A program made the position numbers and the translations under genes. From IMG/VR virus record IMGVR_UViG_3300017967_000022, positions 1 to 61,115 of that record: 61,115 bases of DNA; one strand, given 5' to 3'. The notes beneath the pieces are model-generated. The model had not been told where the DNA came from, searched no databases, and was given only the letters and a program-made list of their open reading frames with translations. This document shows positions 10,401 through 22,800 of this stretch, one piece after another; the stretch's first letter is position 1; every line of letters starts with the position of its first letter. Source of the stretch: a virus. Lineage: Duplodnaviria > Caudoviricetes.

Positions 10401-10894
10401 ATATTAATAAGATTAAATCAATTAGTGACGAAGTAATTTATCATCCAGTTAAGTACAAAGTGTTATTTGGAGACAAAGCAGACGTTGATTTACAAGCAAC
10501 ATTTAAAGTTGTTAAGAACCCTGATATTGTAACAAATGACAATGATGTTAAGTTACGTTTAATTCAAGCAGTAAATGAATTCTTTAGTTTAGAATTTTGG
10601 GACTTTGGAGATAAGTTTAGTTTTTCAGAACTAGCAACATATATCATGACAAGTTTAACTCCAGATATACAAACTGTTGTTCTAGTTCCAAACCAAACCG
10701 GAAGAGCGTTTGGTAGTTTATATGAAATTACATCAGAAAATGACGAAATTTTTATTTCAGGTGCCACAGTTGATAACGTTGAAATTATTGACAGCGTTAC
10801 AGCATCAAGATTGAAAGCATCAGGTGCAGTAGTAACAAATGCTACAAGCGATAATGCTGGAATTCAATCATCTACTAATACTGGGGGAAGTTAA
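7454..10894 (+). CDS. gp6: Baseplate wedge protein (gp6-like)
   Basis: DFDSLR..MINYL....PEDFNDY.ESS...LIDL.AY, ENFL..A.RRESV..LA..L.Y.P, F.DG.FG..P and IK.NAP...YTQNRM.T..DY motifs. Confidence 0.85.
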   Translation: MSTTDRQNRLLLAEDWKRVYQTFRNADFKSYDFDSLRRTMINYLRENYPEDFNDYIESSEYLALIDLIAYLGQNLAFRTDLNARENFLELAERRESVLRLARLLSYNPKRNQSANGLLKFESISTTEDITDSNGINLSGQTIIWNDPSNPEWPEQFRKILNSALPQNGIIGKPIKKEIINGITTEQYRFNASNTNLPVYSFNKNVGEKNVTFEVTSCSIDADKIYEEDPLPGNSFAFLYREDGKGAGSSNSGYFAHFRQGVLDTGGFTVKNPTPNQAVQIDTTGINNSDVWLYQLDSNGNEQNLWTKVDAVEGNNVIYNSLSKNQKNIYTVLSRIDDRITLLFADGTFGEMPKGTFRCYFRKGLGSKITVTPATMTNINITIPYVSRAGQGETLNITMALKYTVDNASATETSTSIKQNAPATFYTQNRMITGEDYQVAPLSVSQEVVKVKAINRTSSGISRYFDLIDSTGKYSSTNIYGDDGAVYRQILDKKISFNFQTRTDVEGAVINVIEPTLTNTLVQNFYLSQFPKTSAGDLSASWTQVASQTNNSSGYLTDNADVKYTVGTFTGSTLRFLEPGSIVKFVAPTGSHFDTRDNNAIVTGDANYPGAVTYLWTKVIRVNDDGTENTVDGEGAIILNDIIPTGAILNEIKPKFATNLTASVISQMIEQIFAYKTFGLRYSLTDREWRVILNNNLNISNAFNMGKSGDNSNQNLDSSWLLLFETDGEKYTVTYRGVRYIFESDKEVKFYYDETDKIYDSKTGKIIKDKINIMSINKQPDSIQPLTVDYPWQVTKEYRDEENYVNSKKVEVGFFDSDSDGIIDNPDLFLDFVAPSVNPADKFVFLKEEISNNKSTNFNLVNPTAYNIIVRTSETATGPLSAYNDGTIFYFMDADVFKQYSETTSSLTLITNYKAYVGRSDIKFQYVHSADENNRLDPSSTNMIDTYLLTKTYDRNFREYLRGVTSSKPLPPSSDELFQNFGQDINKIKSISDEVIYHPVKYKVLFGDKADVDLQATFKVVKNPDIVTNDNDVKLRLIQAVNEFFSLEFWDFGDKFSFSELATYIMTSLTPDIQTVVLVPNQTGRAFGSLYEITSENDEIFISGATVDNVEIIDSVTASRLKASGAVVTNATSDNAGIQSSTNTGGS

Positions 10895-10899
10895 AAGTA

Positions 10900-13800
10900 A
10901 TGGCTTTTGATAATGATCAAAACGAGTTTCCAATTGAATCTGGCAATGAAAAAGAAAACAGAACCAGTTTAAAGCACCTACCTCGTTACTTTAGAACACC
11001 AGCAAACAAAAAGTTTTTAACAAGCACACTTGACCAACTAATCCAACCAGGTGAAGTAGAAAAACTTAATTCCTATTACGGTAGACGTGATGCAAGAGCA
11101 CGTACAGCATCTGACAATTATGTTGATGATGTAAGCAAACAACGTGATGATTACCAACTAGAACCAGCCATTGTTATTAAAGACAATTTTGATAATATAG
11201 ATTTCTATAAAGACTATAATGACTATATTAATCAACTTCGTTCGTTTGGTAACACTAACAAAGATCATAGTAAAATTAATGCCCAAGAATATTATGCATG
11301 GAATCCGCATATTGATTGGGACAAGTTTACAAACTTCCGAGAGTACTATTGGTTACCAAATGGTCCACAAGTTTTACCTATATATGGTCAAAACAAAGAA
11401 ATAGTTTCAACTTTCAAAGTTACTATAGAGGAGAATGAAGACAATGTAGCATACAAATTCACGCCAAATGGTCTCACACAAAATCCTACTTTAAAACTTT
11501 ACAAAGGTCAAACTTACATCTTTGAAGTTGACACTCCGGGGTATCCTATTGCGTTTGCAACCAACAGAGCATTTACCCCAGGTCAAGCATTGATCACAGA
11601 GACTGTTGAAGGCGTTCTAGCACCAGGTAAGTTTGATGCTGAACTTTATGAAGCAGACGGGTACGACACTGGAGAATACATAGTACAACCAGTAGAAGGA
11701 GGTATCACTGGATTTACAGATGGAGAAAATATCTCTACGCTGTTTACAGATGGCGTAGAAGCCGCAACTGTTTATGTTGAAAAAGGTACTATTAAATTTA
11801 CAGTTCCTTTGGATGCACCAGACAAGTTGTTTTATATTAGCAAAGACGATGTTAACACAAGTGGTTTGATTACTATCTATAACATCGAAGAGAATACAGA
11901 AATTAATGTAGAAGAGGAGATTTTACAAAAGAAAACTTATCAGACACGTACTGATGTTGAACTATCAAATGGTATGCTTGTTGAATTTTTAGGTGATGTA
12001 ACTCCTACAAAATATAGTGAAGGGTTATGGTATGTTGAAGGAGTTGGTGATTCTATTAAACTAATCAATAAAGCAGACCTTGAAATTACTGGTCCTTACA
12101 GTGCAAACGTGTATGTACCATTTGATAGTGAAAACTTTGATAGACTTCCTTTTGGACAAGCATTAAACTATCCAAAGGATAAAGACTATATTACAATTAA
12201 CCGTGCGGCAATTGACGGAAACCAATGGTCAAGACATAATAGATGGTTCCATAGAGATGTTGTTGAAAGAGTTGCAAAAGCAAACGATACAGTAGTTGAT
12301 CTTGATCAAAGTGCAAGAGCAACAAGGCCTATTATTGAATTTGATCCAGGATTAAGATTATACAATTATGGATCTAAGTTTAAATCAAATGTTGACCTTG
12401 TTGATACCCAAACATATGATGTGTTTTCAACTATTGAAGGATCGATAGGTTATAATGTTGACGGTATAGATCTTGCAGAAGGTTTGCGTGTTTTATTTAC
12501 AGCAGACCCTGACCAACGTGTTAATGGTAGAATTTATAAAGTTACTTTTATTTCGTACAACGGACAAAGACAGATTGCATTAAAAGAAGAACCAGATACA
12601 GAGCCGTTGTTAGATGAAACTGTACTAGTTACATCAGGAGTTCAAAACCAAGGACAGATTTATTGGTTTAACGGAACTAAGTGGGTAAAAGCACAAGAAA
12701 AGACAAAATCAAACCAAGCACCGAAGTTTAACTTATATGATGCAGACGATATCTCGTTTGACACATATAATAGTAACACGTTTACTGGAACAAAAATATT
12801 TTCTTATAAACAAGGTACTGGTACAAATGACACAGTTTTAGGATTTCCATTAAGTTATAGAAATATTGAAAACAGTGGTGATATTGTTTTTAATTTTAAC
12901 TTACTAACAGACAAATTCACATACCAAGAAAATCAAAAAGATTACACACAACAAACAGACGTTGCAACTTTAAGAAAGTATACAGACTTAACAACATATG
13001 AAAATGTAAGTGGTTGGAAAACAGCATACCAAGAAAGCACACAAAAGGTTGTTAGACAATATATTGTTGAAGGTCAGCGTAATGACTTTGCTGTAGACGT
13101 TTATGACCGTAGTGGTGATCTTAATGAGTTAAATGTCAAGGTGTTTGTTAATAATGATAGACGCACTGATTGGGAACTTAATAGAGAGAACGGCGTTGCA
13201 TATGTTCATTTTACTTCTAATCTTGCAAATGGCGATATTTTAGTTTTACACTGTACTAGTGAAGCCGACAAGAACGAAAACGGAAAATACGAATTTCCTA
13301 TTAACTTACAAAATAATCCACTGAACGAAAATGTTGTTGATTTTACATATGGTGAAGTTAATGACCATGTTGCATCTATTATCGAAAATGTTAATAATTT
13401 CAGCGGCAAGTTTCCGGGTTTAAGCAATCTAAGAGATATTGGTGACTTATCAGAGTATGGTACTAAATTTGTACAACATAGTGGTGCTTTACCTCTTGCA
13501 ATGTATCATATTACTAACAAAAACTTTAATATTATTAAAGCACTTCGCTATGCAAGAAAAGAATATGCAAAGTTCAAACGTTCGTTTATTGATATTGCAA
13601 CGAACATTGGCATTGACGGAAATGCTAAAACAGTTGTAAACGAAATTATTAAACAATGGCAATCAGACAAATCTAAACAATCAGCATTTTATTGGACTGA
13701 CATGATAGGGTCGGGTGCTAATAAGACTAGAGAGTTCACTGTTGTTGATACCGGTAATAAATTTTACAGTTTAGAAACACCTTTTAATTTAGATACAATT

Positions 13801-16800
13801 TCTGCTAAAGCAGTTTACGTTTATCTAAATGATACTCAGTTGTTACACAATAGAGATTATACATTTACTAGTGAAGGATTTATTAAAATTACTGATAGTG
13901 TAGATCTACAACTAGAAGATACTATTTTAATATATGAATACGAGTCAACAGATGCTTCATATATTCCGCCTACTCCTACTAAATTAGGTTTATGGCCGTT
14001 ACATATACCAAGAAAGTTTGTTGATAATTCTTATCAAACACCGCAAACAGTGATTAAGGGTCACGATGGCAGTATTACAAAAGCATACGGCGATTACCGT
14101 GACGACCTTATTTTAGAATTAGAATTTAGAATCTATAATAATATTAAAGTAAAATATGATGTTAATATTCTTGATATTGATAGTTTTGTAGGACATAAAA
14201 ATAGAGATACAGGATTTACAAGACAAGATGTCAACGATATTATTATTACAGACTTTATTGAATGGTTATCAATTGCAGGTGATCCAGATTATTCTGCTGT
14301 AGATTTTTATGATAGAACAAATCAATTTACATGGAACTATTCTACTATGCAAGATCCAGATGGCAAAGCATTGCCTGGATTCTGGAGAGCAATTTATAAT
14401 GAATATCTAAGTACAGACACTCCTCATACAACACCTTGGAAAATTTTAGGTTATATTGAAATGCCAAGTTGGTGGGAAGAAGTTTACGGTCCGGCACCTT
14501 ATACAAATAATAATGCAATTCTTTGGGAAGACTTAGAAGCAGGCAGAGTTAGAGAACCTAATAAGCCTATTAGATATCGTCCTAACTATGCAAGAAAAGG
14601 TCTTTCTAAAACTATTCCTGTAGATGATAGAGGAAATCTAGTAAGTCCTTATGAAAGCGGTTATGCTAGAGGACTTATTGTTCCAGAAACAAATAAACAA
14701 TTTGTATTTGGCGACGAAGCACCTGTAGAAACTGCATGGCGTAGAGGTAGCGAATATCCGTTCTCTATACTAACAGCATGGTTAATACATCAACCTGCAA
14801 AACTTATTGGACTTGGATTTGATAGAGCAAGAATAATCAGAAACACAGCAAATCAAGTTGTATATTCTACTACTTCTAAACGAGTTACACCAAGTAGTAT
14901 TGTATTTCCAAACGGTACAGACGCAACAGTTAGAGTAACAACTGCTGGTCTTGTAAACTATTTGTTTAACTATATCAATGCTGATGTAACTAAACTAAAT
15001 GAAACTTATAGCGAAGAAGTAACTAATATTAAGTGTCAATTAGGTTTCAAGGTTGGCGGATTTACGCAAAAATCTAAATTTAAATTACTACTTGACAGTA
15101 GAACACCTAGCAATAAAGGTAATGTGTTTATTCCGGAAGAGAACTATGATATATTCTTTAATGTAAGTTCACCGGTTGAAACAGTTGCATACAGCGGTGT
15201 TATTGTTGAAAAAAGACCAAACGGTTATGTATTAAAAGGCTATGATAAAAGCAAACCTTATTTTACATACTTTAAACATTTAGAACGTGCGGCGGATCCT
15301 GTAATTAACATTGGTGGTGTAAGTGCAAACTTCTTAGAGTGGGTTCCGGGAGAAAGATACCAGAAAGGACAAATTGTTCGCAATGGAGATACTTTCTTCA
15401 GGGTACAAGTATCCGGAACGTTTGATTCATTTAATACTAATAACTTTGTTAAACTTGCTGAACTACCAATTGACGGTGGTGCAGAGGGAATACTAAGAAG
15501 AACATTTGAACTTGGTGAATCTAAGTTATTATATGGAACTCTGTTACCAACTAGACAAGATGTAATTGATTTCTTATTAGGTTATGGAAAATATTTAGAA
15601 AAACAAGGATTTTCCTTTGAGAATTTTAATCAAGAAATTGAAACTATTGAAAACTGGGAACTTAGTGCAAGAGAATTTTTATTCTGGACAACTCAAGCAT
15701 GGAATGACGGTTCATTAATTACACTGTCACCTAGTGCTATTAAATTGCAGTTTGCAAGAGATAATGCTATTGTAGATAATCTGTTTGACAACTTTTATGA
15801 TTATACATTGTTAAAAGCAGATGGTCGTAAGTTAAGAGAAGATTTTGCTAACACAATTAGAAGTAACAAAAACGAATTTGGCCTAACACTTAAAAATACA
15901 GCAGATGGCATTTATTTTGTTAAGTTACCGTTAGTACAAAAAGAACACGTTGTCCTTATTGACAACAAAACTGTTTTCAATGACGTAATTTATAATCCTG
16001 CTCCAGGATATAGACAAGCAAGGATTAAAGTTCTAGGTTATAGAAGCACCGGCTGGAACGGAAGTTTTGATATTCCAGGTTTTACATATGATAACGTTGT
16101 AATTAAAGACTGGGAGCCTAATACAGATTATGCTATTGCAACAGTAGTTAAACACAAAACATTCTATTACAGTGCCAAGTATAAAATTCCTGGCACAACA
16201 GATTTCAATGACGAAGACTGGATTAGACTACCAGAAGAACCTAAGTCATACATGATTCCAAACTTTGATTATAAAGCAAATCAGTTTGCTGACTTTTATG
16301 ATTTAGATACATCAAACTTTGATAGTGAGCAACAAAAGTTTGCCCAACATTTAATTGGTTATCAAAATAGAACATATTTAGAAAACGTTATTAATGATGA
16401 TGTATCTCAGTATAAGTTTTATCAAGGAATGATTCAAGACAAGGGAACAAAGAATAGTTTAATTAAGTTCTTTGATGCACTTTCGAATACTGATAAATCA
16501 AGTTTAGAATTCTTTGAAGAGTGGGCATTTAAAGTAGGTCAATATGGCGCAAGTGAAGGATTTGATGAAGTAGAATTTAAGATTAACGAAGCAGATCTTA
16601 GACTACAACCACAACCATTCCAGTTGGTTAATCAAATTGATCCATTAGCAACTGACTTAGTTTATAGATATATTCCAAGTGATGTTTATAGCAAACCCAC
16701 AAACTATAATCATGCACCGTTTCCTACTAAAACTTTAGACGAATCTAAGACTTATATTAAAACAGCAGGTTATGTAACAGAAGACGATATTGATTTTAAA

Positions 16801-19800
16801 GTTACTAATTACGATGATATCTTAGATCTAGATGTTAAATCTATTTCAGTGGGACAATATATTTGGGTTGCTAAACGTTTCCAAACATTTGATGTATTGC
16901 GTCAAAGTGAAACAGATCTTAAAGTAACTAAAATTATTAATTCAGACAGTTCGCAATCTATTGAGATTACAACTAGAAAAACTCCTAAGTTAGAAAAAGA
17001 CGACATTATAGGTGTTCTAGGAACAACACCAAGTACTAATAGATTCTATAAAGTTAAACGTGTTAGTTTGAATACAATTTATGCTGAGACTTCGGGCGAA
17101 ATTGAAGATGCAGAAGAAACAAGCGGATTTATTGTGCGACTTGAAAGTGTTAGAGTGCCTAACTTGTCTAACATTAATGAGAAAGTAACAAGAAATAATT
17201 ACACACCCAATGAAAAGATTTGGATTGACTCAGACGAAAACGGAAGTTGGTCTGTAATTCAAAATTCTAATTCATACAGTGTACAAAAACAATCTTTTAA
17301 TGCAACTTTAGCCGGAGTATTAGGAACAGACGAAAGAGGTTTTGGTACTAGCATTAGTGCAAACGAAATTAATTCGATCGTGGCTATTGGTGCTCCCGGA
17401 GTTACCCTTCCAGGAAGAGTTGATTTACACTTTAGAGCATCTGAGAATTTGCCTCTAGTGTTATCTCAAGAACTAGATTGTCCACCTAACTTATTCACAG
17501 GCGAGGAAAGTTTCGGTCAGTCTACAGCAGTTACTACTGACGGTAAGTTTATATTCGTTGGTATTCCATATGCATCAAATGCAAAAACTAATTACAAAGG
17601 TAATTTTAATCCTGGAGCAACATACGAAGACGGATCTATTGTAAAATATACAAATCAATTTTGGAGAGCAAAAGCAACAGTAGAACCTGAAGATCCAAGT
17701 TTAGATTTTAATAGTTTTAGTTCCCATGTAGAACAACAAGTTACTACATATGACGGTGAAAACTACGATGACTTCTATTTTATTCTTAGAGGTAATCATA
17801 CATTTGTTGAGGATTTAGCAGACCACGTATTAATTAGAGCACCTAAATTACAATACGACGGAACACAAATCGGTGACACATTACATTTAAAATGGAATGA
17901 CAAAAATACACGGTATCCTTCAGGAGTACAGCCGTTTAATGGTAATCAAACTCTAAGCGGAGATTTCTTTACAGGCGAACATTTAATTACTGAAAAAGTT
18001 GACGACATTTTATTAATCGACAATACACAGGCAATACCGAGTGTAAATGAAACTGTGTCTAGTGATGTTGCAGTGGGTAAAGTTGCGTATGCTTATACAA
18101 CAGGTGATAATCGAACTATTATATACCTTAAAGAAACTAACGGTGACTTTGCAAACACAGGAACATTAGAACTTGGGGATATTGTCGTTGGTGATTACGA
18201 AAGACCCGTACAACAAGATGACCCAGCATTTGGTGGTTGGTGGAGAATTGATGTAGGATCATCGTTTGTATCAACTATAACAATTGAATCAAAACCATTT
18301 TTAGTTATAAAAGACATTGTTACAGCAAGTCAACCTAGAACACCGAACTCGTATGCAAACACATATGATAGTGTTGATGACTTACTTGATCCAGGTGTTC
18401 CGTCTTATATTGAAACATTAACCTTTAATGGAGATTCTGGTTTTGAGATCTCTGACAGATGGGCGTTTAGATTACCTAAATCAATTGAAACAGATTTTGC
18501 AGTTGGCGATACATTTAAATTCTGGTTTAACGAATTAAGAGGACTAGACAATAGTTTACAACAACCTACAGTTTTAAGTCCCGAACTAACATTTGCTTAT
18601 CTAAACAGAACAGATCATGTTGTTGATGACATTTGGAATGGTTGGATTGAAATTAATCTTACTAACTTTGATAACAGCGGATCACCGACTGAAGGCGACC
18701 AAGATTATAACCCTAATTATGGTAATCCATATATTCCTGTTGTAGGAGATATTGTTAGAGATAATGATACACTAGCAACAGCAGAAGTTACATATGTTGA
18801 AAAGGTGTTTAACGATTTAAGACTATGGCTTAAAAATGTTTCAGGAACCTTTAAGAAGGGAAGCGAATTCGGTAATATCTCAAGTATTAGTATTGTTGAA
18901 GGTTCACAAGGTGCAGGAGTCATTAGACTTGTAGGTACAACTAAAGCACGTTACTTTAACAGTAACAGCCTAGGACCGATTATTGTAGTAAACAGAGGTG
19001 AAAACCTAACTGTAGGTACTGCTAGAACTTTACAAAACTTTGAATATTGGGTTTATAAGACAGATATATTACAAGGTATTCCACGTAGTGCAAATCCGCC
19101 TTCGGCAACAAATAATGATTGGGCTCGTGTTTATAATGTTACCGCTACTTCAGTGGGAACAGCAAGTAATTACACACGTCAAGGTGCAGTTGCAATTTAT
19201 GAAAAGAATAACAGTAATTTTTATAATTTGTTAGAAGTTTTAATTACTCCTGATGCAGATAACTACAGACATTTTGGTAGCAAAATTGATCTAGTTACAA
19301 ATGCAGACGGAACATATTCTGCTTATATTTCAAGCAGAGGAAACAGCACGTTTGTTCAACCAGGACGAATTAACACATACAATTATAGTAGTTCAAAAGG
19401 TTGGGTATTAGGTGTTGATGAAAATTATAGAGGTGATTTTAATACTACAGTTTCTTATTTTGAAGGAGAGTACACAAAATATGCTGATAAGATTTATCAA
19501 GCCAATACTAACTTAATCCCCGGAGCATTTGACTCAAATGATTGGACAGAAATTCAAACAGGTGTAGACCTCAACGGATTTATTCCTAACAATACTGGAT
19601 TTATTGTTGGGGAAGATAGTGCTATTGATTCGACAAACTTATATGAGTTTGGCGTAAACTACGATGTAAGTGATAATGGTCAAGTATTAGCAACTATTGT
19701 AAAATATGGAGATACAATTGATAGTTCCATTGCTACACCTAAATTAGCAATATACAGAAAGTTAAACGGACATTTCTTGTTTGATCAATTAATTGATGCT

Positions 19801-22800
19801 CCAAATGCTGGAATCGGTTTTGGTGAGTGTGTAAGTGTTTCTAAAAATGGAAGATGGGTTGTTGTTGGTGCACCTAGATATAGTGAAGAATATACCAACC
19901 AAGGCGCTGTTTTTGTTTATCAATCAATCAATGGTAGATTCCAACAAGTTCAAATATTAACTGGTCCGAAAGGCTTATCTAATGAGAAGTTTGGATCAAC
20001 AGTTGTATACGATACAGACAGATTAGTTATTAGTTCTGCAGGCGGTGATTTAACAAGTGTAACAGAGTTTGACGACAATACCACTGTATTTGATAATGGA
20101 ACAACTTTGTTTAACACAACATTAACTGATACTGGAGAAGTGTTTGTATTTGAATTAACTGGTGATAGATATGTTTACGGCGACAAATTAGAATTATCTG
20201 ATCCGAGAGCATTATATTTTGGTAAGATTCTTTATGCTAAAGGAAATCACATATATGCAGGACTTCCTAGTTATGTAAGAGCAGAAACTACAGTTCCTGG
20301 CAGTGTAATTGATTTTAGATCAAGTCCAAATGCAAGATTGTGGGAAAAGATTAGACAAGATAGACAGGTTGTAGATCTAGACAAGTTTAAGGGTATTCTT
20401 CTTTATGACGAAACTACTAAACAAACAGATGAATATATTGACTTTATTGATCCATTACAAGGAAAAATTGCAGGTCCTGCAGAAGTTGAATTATCGTTTA
20501 AAACAACATACGACCCTGCATCATATAATGTTGCGACAACAAATGCTGTTGTTAAAGACGCAACAACATACAATACTACTAACTTAGTTGGAAAATTATG
20601 GTGGGACATTGATGCTGTTAGATTTATTAATCCTTATGCAAATACAGGAAGTATCTTTAGCGTAAGTAACACCTTTAACACAGTTTTCCCAGGAACAGAA
20701 GTAGAAATTTATGAATGGGTAGAAACAGAACTAACACCTGAGCAATGGGACGAACAAGCAGATTCCGAAGAAGGATTAACACAAGGAATCAGCGGCAAGT
20801 CTAAGTATGGAATGGAAGCATATTCAACTAGACGTGTTTATGACGAACCAGCACAAAAGTTTACAACTTATAATTATTTCTGGGTAAGAAATAAAGTTAC
20901 AGTGCCAAATGTTCCTGGAAGAACATTAAGCGCCGCAAGTGTACAACAATTAATCAGTAATCCTTCCGGTGCTGGATATAAGTTTGCTACAATGTTGAAA
21001 AACAACGAGTGGACACTACATAATTTACAAAGTTCTATTAAAGGTGACAGTACTATTCTTAAATTTAGTTACTGGACAATTCCATACACAGATAGAAACG
21101 TCCATAACCAATATAGGATTCTTACAGATGGTTTAGAAACTAGCAGACCTAAGTCAGATTTAGAACTTAAATGGTTTGACAGTTTAATTGGTTTTGACGG
21201 CCAAGGCCGTGAAGTTCCAGATAGATTCCTAAGTCTTAAAGACAAATACGGTATTTTGAATAATCCAAGACAAGGAATGTTTGTAAACAGAATTGAAGCA
21301 TTAAAGCAGTTTATTGAAAGAGTAAACTCTGTAATGTTAAAATACATTTTAATTGATGAATTTGATTTATCACCATTAACATCTAGTGATCCTAAACCAA
21401 CACTAGCATCAAGAAGATATGATCTTGAAATCGACTCTGAAAAAGAATTAGATTATGTTTCAGTAGGTAAAGTTCAACCTGCTGTACTAAGTGCAACAAT
21501 TCAAGACGGCAGAGTTTTACGAGTTGATATTATTAGTAGTGGTAGAGGATATAAAACAGTACCTACAGTAGAACTTGTATCTGCAACTGGCGAGGGTGCT
21601 GATATTAGATTAACTATTAATAATGTTGGTGCTGTAACAGAAGCAGAAGTTATTAATCAAGGACAAAATTATCTTCAAACAGATAGAATTTCAGTAAGGA
21701 AATTTACAGTCTTAGTAACATCAGATTCAACATATTCTAACAGATGGTCTTTATATGAATATGTAGGAGGAACTATTCCTTGGAACAGAATTGTAAGTCA
21801 AAGTTTCGACGTAGATCCTTATTGGTATTATACTGATTGGTATGCAGAAAATTGGAATGCACTTACAAAAACAGACTTTGTAATTGATAATCCTTACGAA
21901 CTAGAATCAATAAATGATACTTTTGGTGATATTGTTAAGATTAATAATGTTGGATCGGGCGGTTGGTTAATGTTGCGTAAAATAGATGATCAACCTAATG
22001 TTGATTATACTGTTAACTATCAAACAATTGGTAGAGAAAATGCAACTATTCAATTTAGTAAAGCATTATATGATTTTAGTGAAGACCTAGTTGGTTATGA
22101 TTCGTTTGGTTATGACGATAGTGCGTTTGATTTAATACCTGTACAAGAATTAAGAATTATCCTTCAAACTATTAGAGATAATATTTTTATTGATAATCTA
22201 GCAATTCATTATAACGAATTGTTCTTTGCTCAAATGCGTTATGTTTTAACTGAGCAAAACTTTGTTGATTGGATGTTTAAAACAAGTTTCATCAAGGCAA
22301 AACATAATGTTGGAAAGTTAAGAAAAGATATTACATTTAACAATGACTGGTTACCAAGTTATGAAGCATACGTTGAAGAAGTTAAACCTTACAAAACTAA
22401 GATTAGAGAATACCTATCAACATACGAAAGTTTGGAAGAAACAGGTACTACTGTAACTGACTTTGATCTTGCACCATTTTACAGTGATGTTAAAGGAAGA
22501 ATTATTCCAAGAACTGAAAAAGTAATTGATGATACTATTCAAGGAACAGCAATTACTGATTACCCTGCTAAACATTGGTTAGATAATGCAAGTTTCAAGA
22601 TTAAAGATATCGACATTGCTGATGCAGGCAGTGGCTACGAAAATGCTCCAGGTGTTGAATTTGTCGGCGGCGGTGGATCAGGAGCAAAAGCAATAGCATA
22701 TGTTGGCGGCGGAAAAATTACTGAAATTAAAATTACAAATCCAGGAACAGGTTATTTAAGTGCTCCAGAGATTATTCTAAATGGCAGTGTTGCAGATGGC

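Noticed and set aside
1679-10894. Bacterial contractile injection system (eCIS/T6SS) rather than a phage
   Set aside because: The adjacent gp47/gp55 genes, T4-type late promoters and absence of host housekeeping genes indicate a T4-like phage
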